From: a bacterium
GTDB lineage: Bacteria; Calditrichota; Calditrichia; RBG-13-44-9; J042
Assembly (NCBI GenBank): GCA_015485355.1
Contig: WFTQ01000089.1
Location: 54,264-118,263 of the forward strand
Direction of reading: 5' to 3'
Length of the DNA: 64,000 nucleotides
Numbering within the stretch: position 1 is the first letter of the stretch; each line of letters opens with the position of its first letter. Made by a program: the position numbers and the translations under genes. Under the pieces are notes generated by a model. The model was not told the origin of the DNA. It made no database searches and saw nothing but the letters and a program-made list of their open reading frames with translations. Positions 59,193 to 64,000 of the stretch are shown one piece after another.

Positions 59193-61491
59193 TGCCATTT
59201 TACATACCCGGGGGGAATCCCGTTACGTGGACGATCTTCCTCAACCCGAAGGCCTGCTGCATGCCGCGGTGTTTTTTTCTCCCATCGCCCATGGTCGGAT
59301 ACAGAATTTCGATGTTTCCCGGGCCCGTCAATCGGAAGGGGTGGTGGCCGTACTGACCGCGGAAGATATTCCAGGAGAAAACCAGATCGGGCCACTGATC
59401 CCCGATCAAGAGCTTCTGGCCGAGGAGGAAGTGGTCTACATTGGACAGCCGGTGGCGCTGATTGTGGCCCAAACCGCCGAAACGGCCCGAAAGGCGGCCG
59501 GGCGGATTGTTCTGGATGTGGAAGAGTATCCGGTGATCACCGATCCCCGCGAGGCTTATCAGAAGGGGCAGATCTTTGGAACGCCGCGCACCTTTCAGCT
59601 GGGCGATGTGGATGCCGCCTGGCCACACTGTGAGGTCGTTGTGGAGGGACATTGCGAGGTTGGGGGGCAGGAGCATGTATACCTGGAAACCCAGCGCGCC
59701 CGTGCCGTCCCCGGCGAGGGGCGGGTGATCAGAGTTTATTCCTCAACCCAGAGCCCTTACGCGGTGCAGAAACATGTGGCCCGGGTGCTGGGATATCCCA
59801 ATCACCTCATCGAGGTCGACGTGTTGCGGCTGGGCGGAGGTTTCGGCGGTAAGGAAGACCAGGCCACCCCCTGGGCCTGCCTGACGGCGTTAGCCACCTG
59901 GTATACCGGACATCCGGTGGAACTGGTCTTGACCCGTCAAGAAGATATGCTGATGACCGGAAAGCGCCATCCTTATTGTTCCGACTTTAAGATCGGGGTC
60001 ACCCGGGAGGGCAAGATTCTGGCTTACGAGGTCCGGCATTACCAGAATGCCGGCGCCGCGGCGGACCTGTCTCCCGCAATCCTGGAACGCACCCTGTTCC
60101 ATAGTACCAATAGTTATTATATTCCCAATGTTCGTCTGTTTGCAGTATCCTGTCGCACCCATCTTCCGCCATTTACGGCTTTTCGGGGATTCGGCGGTCC
60201 CCAGGGAATGTTTGTGATGGAGGCCGCTATTGCCCGGGTGGCCGAGGCCCTGGGAATGCCCCGGGAGGAGATTCAGCGGAAAAATTTGCTTCAGGAAAAC
60301 GACCTGTTCCCCTATGGACAACGGGTGGTGGATTGCCGGGCCCGCCGGAGCTGGGATGTCGCCATGGAAACGTATCGCTTTTCCGCTTGGAAGAAACGGG
60401 TGGAACAGTTTAACCGGAAGCATTTCCACCGGAAAAAAGGCCTGGCGGTCATGCCCATATGTTTCGGCATCTCTTTTACGGCGACCTTTCTGAATCAGGC
60501 CAGTGCGCTGGTGCATGTGTATACCGATGGAAGTGTCAGCATTTCCACCGGTGGCGTGGAAATGGGCCAGGGTCTGCGGGCAAACATTACCACCATCGCT
60601 GCTCGGGCGCTGGGAATTCGGCCGGAACGCATCAAGATAGAGTCGACCAACACCACCCGTATCGCCAACATGTCCCCCAGTGCTGCCAGTGCAACCACGG
60701 TGCTCAACGGGAATGCGACCCTTCTGGCTATCCGGCAGATTGTGTCGCGCCTGAAATCCATGATTGCCCGGGAACTAAATTTATCCGATCCCGATCGGGT
60801 GACCATTCATGACGAGAAAGTGTGGTATCGGGGTAGCCAGACCGGTTGGACCTGGACGCAGTTGGTCCAGACGGCCTACGGCAAACGCATTAATCTCTCG
60901 GCCCAGGGCTTTTTTGCCACGCCGGGCATCTATTTCGACAAGCAAAAAGAAAAAGGCCGGCCTTTTGCCTATCATGTATACGGTACGGCCATTCTGGAGG
61001 TAACGCTGGATTGCTTACGGGGAATCTATACCATCGATGCCGTGAAAATTGTCCACGATCTGGGGCGTCCCCTGAATCGTCTCATCGATCTGGGGCAGGT
61101 AGAGGGAGGGCTGGCGCAGGGTTTGGGGTGGATGACCGTGGAAGAGCTGCTTTTCGATGAGAAGGGACGCAACTTGTCCAGTGCCCTGGCCACCTATAAA
61201 CCGCCCGATGTATACTTCATGCCCGACGATCTTCAGGTGACCTTTCTGGAAAATGCCGACGAACCCATAGGTCCCTATGGCAATAAAGCCGTGGGGGAGC
61301 CGCCGTTTATGTACGGAATCGGGGTGTTTTTTGCCCTTCGCCAGGCCATGCAAGCGTTTCGCCCCCGCAAGGATTATGAATTCAAGGCACCCTTGACACC
61401 CGAAAGGGTGCTTTTGGAATTGCATCGGGAAGAGGTGAGACAGGGGTGTCTACGGCCGGCAACGGTGGAGTCTGCAAGGCAGTCGGACTGA
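59179..61491 (+). CDS. xdhB: Xanthine dehydrogenase / aldehyde oxidase molybdopterin-binding large subunit
   Basis: 770 aa. a/b hammerhead domain. Mo-cofactor region GGGFGGKE. Active-site Glu region GEPPFMYGIG. Confidence 0.85.
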   Translation: MKSTDAILHTRGESRYVDDLPQPEGLLHAAVFFSPIAHGRIQNFDVSRARQSEGVVAVLTAEDIPGENQIGPLIPDQELLAEEEVVYIGQPVALIVAQTAETARKAAGRIVLDVEEYPVITDPREAYQKGQIFGTPRTFQLGDVDAAWPHCEVVVEGHCEVGGQEHVYLETQRARAVPGEGRVIRVYSSTQSPYAVQKHVARVLGYPNHLIEVDVLRLGGGFGGKEDQATPWACLTALATWYTGHPVELVLTRQEDMLMTGKRHPYCSDFKIGVTREGKILAYEVRHYQNAGAAADLSPAILERTLFHSTNSYYIPNVRLFAVSCRTHLPPFTAFRGFGGPQGMFVMEAAIARVAEALGMPREEIQRKNLLQENDLFPYGQRVVDCRARRSWDVAMETYRFSAWKKRVEQFNRKHFHRKKGLAVMPICFGISFTATFLNQASALVHVYTDGSVSISTGGVEMGQGLRANITTIAARALGIRPERIKIESTNTTRIANMSPSAASATTVLNGNATLLAIRQIVSRLKSMIARELNLSDPDRVTIHDEKVWYRGSQTGWTWTQLVQTAYGKRINLSAQGFFATPGIYFDKQKEKGRPFAYHVYGTAILEVTLDCLRGIYTIDAVKIVHDLGRPLNRLIDLGQVEGGLAQGLGWMTVEELLFDEKGRNLSSALATYKPPDVYFMPDDLQVTFLENADEPIGPYGNKAVGEPPFMYGIGVFFALRQAMQAFRPRKDYEFKAPLTPERVLLELHREEVRQGCLRPATVESARQSD

Positions 61492-61572
61492 GCGGGGCAT
61501 GGAAAAGGGATCGCGGCGGCCGCTTTTTCTCACCGGGCAAGCAAAGAGGAGAAACGGAGTGACCATTTCCCC

Positions 61573-62697
61573 ATGAAGCATTCGATATTACAGGAATGGA
61601 TCCGGTGCATGCGGAGCAGGCGATCCTGTGTGCTGGTGACGGTTGTGGAAACAAGGGGGTCTTCTCCCCAGAAGCCGGGTGCCCGTATGCTGGTGTTCCC
61701 GGACGGATCCTTTAAGGGCACTCTGGGCGGTGGCTGTGTAGAAGGGGACCTGTGGTACCAGGCCCGGCGCCTGTTCAAAGAGGGGGGAGACGCCCGGGTG
61801 ATTCGCCGTACGTTAAATGCGGATCTGGCGGCCCGGGATGGCATGGTATGCGGAGGGACCATGACCTTCCTGCTGGAACCTTTTTTCGATGATTCCCCCC
61901 TCCCTCCGGAACTGGACGAACTGGAACAGGCGATTCTGGGAAAGACCCCCGTGGCTCTGGTCACCGTGGTCGAAGACCCTCAATCCAATATGCCAGCGGG
62001 AACCCGGTGGTTGGTCCGTGGGGATGGAACGGTGAAGGGACCTTCCAATGCCCGGAGGCTGGCCCCCGAAGTCGTCACCCTGGCCAAACAGCTGGCCCCC
62101 TATGGTGATAATCGGCTTTTCACGACCCCGGCAGGCCTGCAGGTGTTTGTGGAAGGAATTACGGCCCCGGCAACCCTGATATTGTTGGGAGCAGGGCATG
62201 TGAACAAGGCCATTGCCGATCTGGCCGGTTATCTGGATTTTCGCATCATAGTTGTCGACGATCGATCCGATTTGGCCGACCGGGAAAGGTTTCCTTGTGC
62301 GGATGCCGTTTGGGTGGAGCCGTACGATCGCGCGCTGCAACAAATGCAAATTTCCCATAATTCCTTTATCATTGCCGCTACCCGGGGACACAAATTCGAT
62401 GACCAGGCGGTAAAACACGCCCTGGCCACACCGGCGCGTTACATCGGTATTCTGGGCAGCCAACGGAAAGTTCTGATGATCGTGCGGCATTTGTTGCAAG
62501 AAGGTCTGGCACCCGATCAGTTAAAGAGGATATACGCCCCGGTGGGCCTGGACATCGGTGCTTTAACCCCGGAAGAAATCGCTGTGAGCGTGCTGGCCGA
62601 GGTGATAATGGTGCGTCGGGGCGGGAGCGGAACCTCCCTGCGAATCCCCGACGATGAATACCTGTCCCGGTTTCCTCTCTCCGATGCCAACCCATAA
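61573..62697 (+). CDS. xdhC: XdhC/CoxI-family molybdenum-hydroxylase maturation factor
   Basis: N-terminal XdhC_CoxI domain LVTVVETRGSSPQKPGARML. C-terminal Rossmann-like LILLGAGHVNKAIADLA. Alternative start at 61609. Confidence 0.75.
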   Translation: MKHSILQEWIRCMRSRRSCVLVTVVETRGSSPQKPGARMLVFPDGSFKGTLGGGCVEGDLWYQARRLFKEGGDARVIRRTLNADLAARDGMVCGGTMTFLLEPFFDDSPLPPELDELEQAILGKTPVALVTVVEDPQSNMPAGTRWLVRGDGTVKGPSNARRLAPEVVTLAKQLAPYGDNRLFTTPAGLQVFVEGITAPATLILLGAGHVNKAIADLAGYLDFRIIVVDDRSDLADRERFPCADAVWVEPYDRALQQMQISHNSFIIAATRGHKFDDQAVKHALATPARYIGILGSQRKVLMIVRHLLQEGLAPDQLKRIYAPVGLDIGALTPEEIAVSVLAEVIMVRRGGSGTSLRIPDDEYLSRFPLSDANP

Positions 62698-62942
62698 TGT
62701 GTTCCCCCGGCTCCGCCGTTTTACTGAAAAGGGGTATGCATTCCTTTTCAACAATTCCGGAGCCCTTTGAATGAGGAGGCCTTTCCGCGGTTTTCCTTCC
62801 GCAGGGCGTCCAGGGAGTCAATAGGGCTCAAGATTTTTAAAATTTTTGCAAAATTAGGGAAAAAGGGCTCGAAAACGCCCCGTTTTTCTCAAGATTATTA
62901 CCGGTAGTGTCGATTCTGACAGAAAAAAGAGGGGGTGCAGGC

Positions 62943-63482
62943 ATGCATGGCATTGTATTTTCCGAATTGCGAAAGTTTGTGGAACATTCTTTGGGACCCG
63001 GGTCCTGGCAAAAACTGTTAAAGGAAGCCGGTTTGGGCAATCGAATTTACATGGCCATTCAGGAGTATCCCGATGAGGAAGCGGGTGTTCTGGTTGAGGC
63101 CGCTGCCCGGATTACCCGTAAGTCCCCGACCGCTATTCTGGAGGAGTTTGGGCAGTATATTGCCCCTCAGTTGCTCCAGATGTACAAGGCCTTGATATCG
63201 CCGCAGTGGCGTACCCTGGACTTGATCGAGCATACCGAGGATGTGATCCATAAGGTGGTGCGGGCGAAGAATCCCGGAGCCAGGCCGGCGGAGTTGAAAT
63301 GCCAGAGGGTCAGTCCATCGGAGCTCATCTTGGTCTATGCATCCAATCGCCGCATGTGTGCTCTGGCCAGGGGGATTGCCCGTGGCGTGGCCGATCACTA
63401 TGGGGAACGCCTTTCCGTCTCCGAAACGCAATGTATGCATAACGGCGCACCCGAGTGCCACATTCGGTTACGGGTGATGTAA
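62943..63482 (+). CDS. Stand-alone H-NOX (haem nitric oxide/oxygen-binding) sensor domain protein
   Basis: MHGIVFSELRKFVEHSLGPGSWQKLL aligns with the Caldanaerobacter H-NOX start MKGIIFNVLEDMVVAQCGMSVWNELL. Proximal His in DVIHKVV. Y-x-S-x-R haem-propionate motif YASNRR. C-terminal TQCMHNGAPECHIRLRV vs DTCMHTGADHCMLIIEL. SD-like GAGGGGG precedes the start. Confidence 0.7.
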   Translation: MHGIVFSELRKFVEHSLGPGSWQKLLKEAGLGNRIYMAIQEYPDEEAGVLVEAAARITRKSPTAILEEFGQYIAPQLLQMYKALISPQWRTLDLIEHTEDVIHKVVRAKNPGARPAELKCQRVSPSELILVYASNRRMCALARGIARGVADHYGERLSVSETQCMHNGAPECHIRLRVM

Positions 63483-63679
63483 TGAACCATCCGGGGGGCT
63501 GGTCACCGGCATATGGGGGATGCTGGTGACCAGAGTTTTTTCCGTCACCTCTTCAGGATGATGAAAGGATTACCCACTTTTTCTCACCTGAATTCCCTTA
63601 AGATTTTGATTCCGTCCATTGAGGCCCTATTTTTATTTTCCTTGGGTTTGGAGGTATCATCGCAAAGCGGGAGTGTCTC

Positions 63680-64000
63680 ATGGCGTTATTCATTACCAAT
63701 GTGGATGTTTTTACCAACGATGAGAAGAACCGTTTGATTCATGATGGTGCGGTGGCCATTGAGGGGAATCGGATCGTTGCCGTGGGGCGGTTGTTGGCGT
63801 TGCGGGAACAGTTTGCTCACTTTCCCCGGTTGGACGGCGGCGGTCGATTGTTGATGCCGGGTTGGATAAACGTTCACATGCATTTTTATAGCACTTTCGC
63901 CAGGGGGCTGGCGGTGAGGCGCAAGCCGCGGAATTTCGCCGAGATTTTGGCATACCTATGGTGGAAGCTGGATCGTTCGCTGGACCTGGAAGCGGTTTAT
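63680..64000 (+). CDS. ssnA: SsnA-family amidohydrolase (chlorohydrolase/deaminase superfamily), partial: first 107 aa
   Basis: LLMPGWINVHMHFYSTFARGL...ILAYLWWKLDRSLDLEAVY aligns with E. coli SsnA (IVMPGIVCSHNHFYSGLSRGI...LKNLWWRLDRALDEESLY). Runs off the window end. Confidence 0.7.
   Translation, partial: MALFITNVDVFTNDEKNRLIHDGAVAIEGNRIVAVGRLLALREQFAHFPRLDGGGRLLMPGWINVHMHFYSTFARGLAVRRKPRNFAEILAYLWWKLDRSLDLEAVY

Noticed and set aside
1-64000. Mobile elements, prophage, integrase, toxin-antitoxin or restriction-modification genes
   Set aside because: None recognisable. No transposase/integrase-like ORFs and no terminal inverted repeats flanking any block. The only compositional anomaly is the lower-GC glycan cluster.

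Overview
This 64-kb window is GC-rich bacterial chromosome (about 55-60% GC, with a lower-GC stretch at roughly 900-4000). It is gene-dense on both strands and carries no rRNA, CRISPR array, transposase or integrase. A Kelch-repeat protein with a type IX secretion (T9SS) C-terminal sorting tail (49546..50847) points to the Fibrobacteres-Chlorobi-Bacteroidetes (FCB) superphylum, but no closer assignment is possible from the sequence. No tRNA was confidently recognised; a tRNA-like T-loop stretch was examined and rejected (see noticed_but_rejected).

Content in order:

1. 1-4.9 kb: a glycan-sulfation cluster with a partial Wzx-like flippase, two PAPS-type sulfotransferases, a GT4 and a GT2 glycosyltransferase.
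2. 5-22 kb: housekeeping genes. These are tex, dusA, an FmdB zinc-ribbon protein, an MscS channel, a TPR lipoprotein, a Tat-signal Ntn asparaginase, a ParB-like orphan, an AI-2E transporter, a cNMP-binding protein, and a minus-strand operon STAS-TonB-ExbB-ExbD-holB-PSP1/ricT-metG.
3. 22-37 kb: an orphan nuoI, an rsmB/F-type methyltransferase, an LptD-like outer-membrane protein, a HEAT-repeat/cyclophilin fusion lipoprotein, ferritin, yhbY, an EamA transporter, a MOFRL glycerate kinase, rsmG and a large M14 carboxypeptidase.
4. 37-42.8 kb: a minimal chemotaxis operon cheA - CheZ-like - cheY - cheY - cheR - HEAT-repeat protein. No cheW, cheB or MCP lies in the window.
5. 43-51.6 kb: transketolase, then a lipoprotein - GAF/sigma-54 activator - PEGA Ser/Thr kinase - Kelch/T9SS protein - TPR-like membrane protein locus.
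6. 51.8-64 kb: the most unusual region. It is a purine-catabolism / molybdenum-hydroxylase island that mirrors the E. coli ygeW-ygeY-hyuA ... xdh ... ssnA neighbourhood. It holds a hydantoinase, a YgeW-like carbamoyltransferase, a YgeY-like M20 peptidase, xdhA/xdhB/xdhC and partial ssnA, plus a truncated alpha/beta-hydrolase remnant at its edge (51832..52284). Two unexpected genes interrupt it: a GpgS-like glucosyl-3-phosphoglycerate synthase and a stand-alone H-NOX haem NO/O2 sensor between xdhC and ssnA.

Small non-coding signals also noted:
- a 21-bp x3 tandem repeat at 4003..4065;
- a CACA-rich periodic array at 8745..8810;
- the palindrome GGAACC-N2/3-GGTTCC upstream of both tkt and xdhA;
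- an 11-bp long-range stem at 42920..43008;
- a 9-bp inverted repeat over a sigma70-like promoter at 45345..45395;
- a TGTCAAA-N3-TTTGACA palindrome at 22027..22043.
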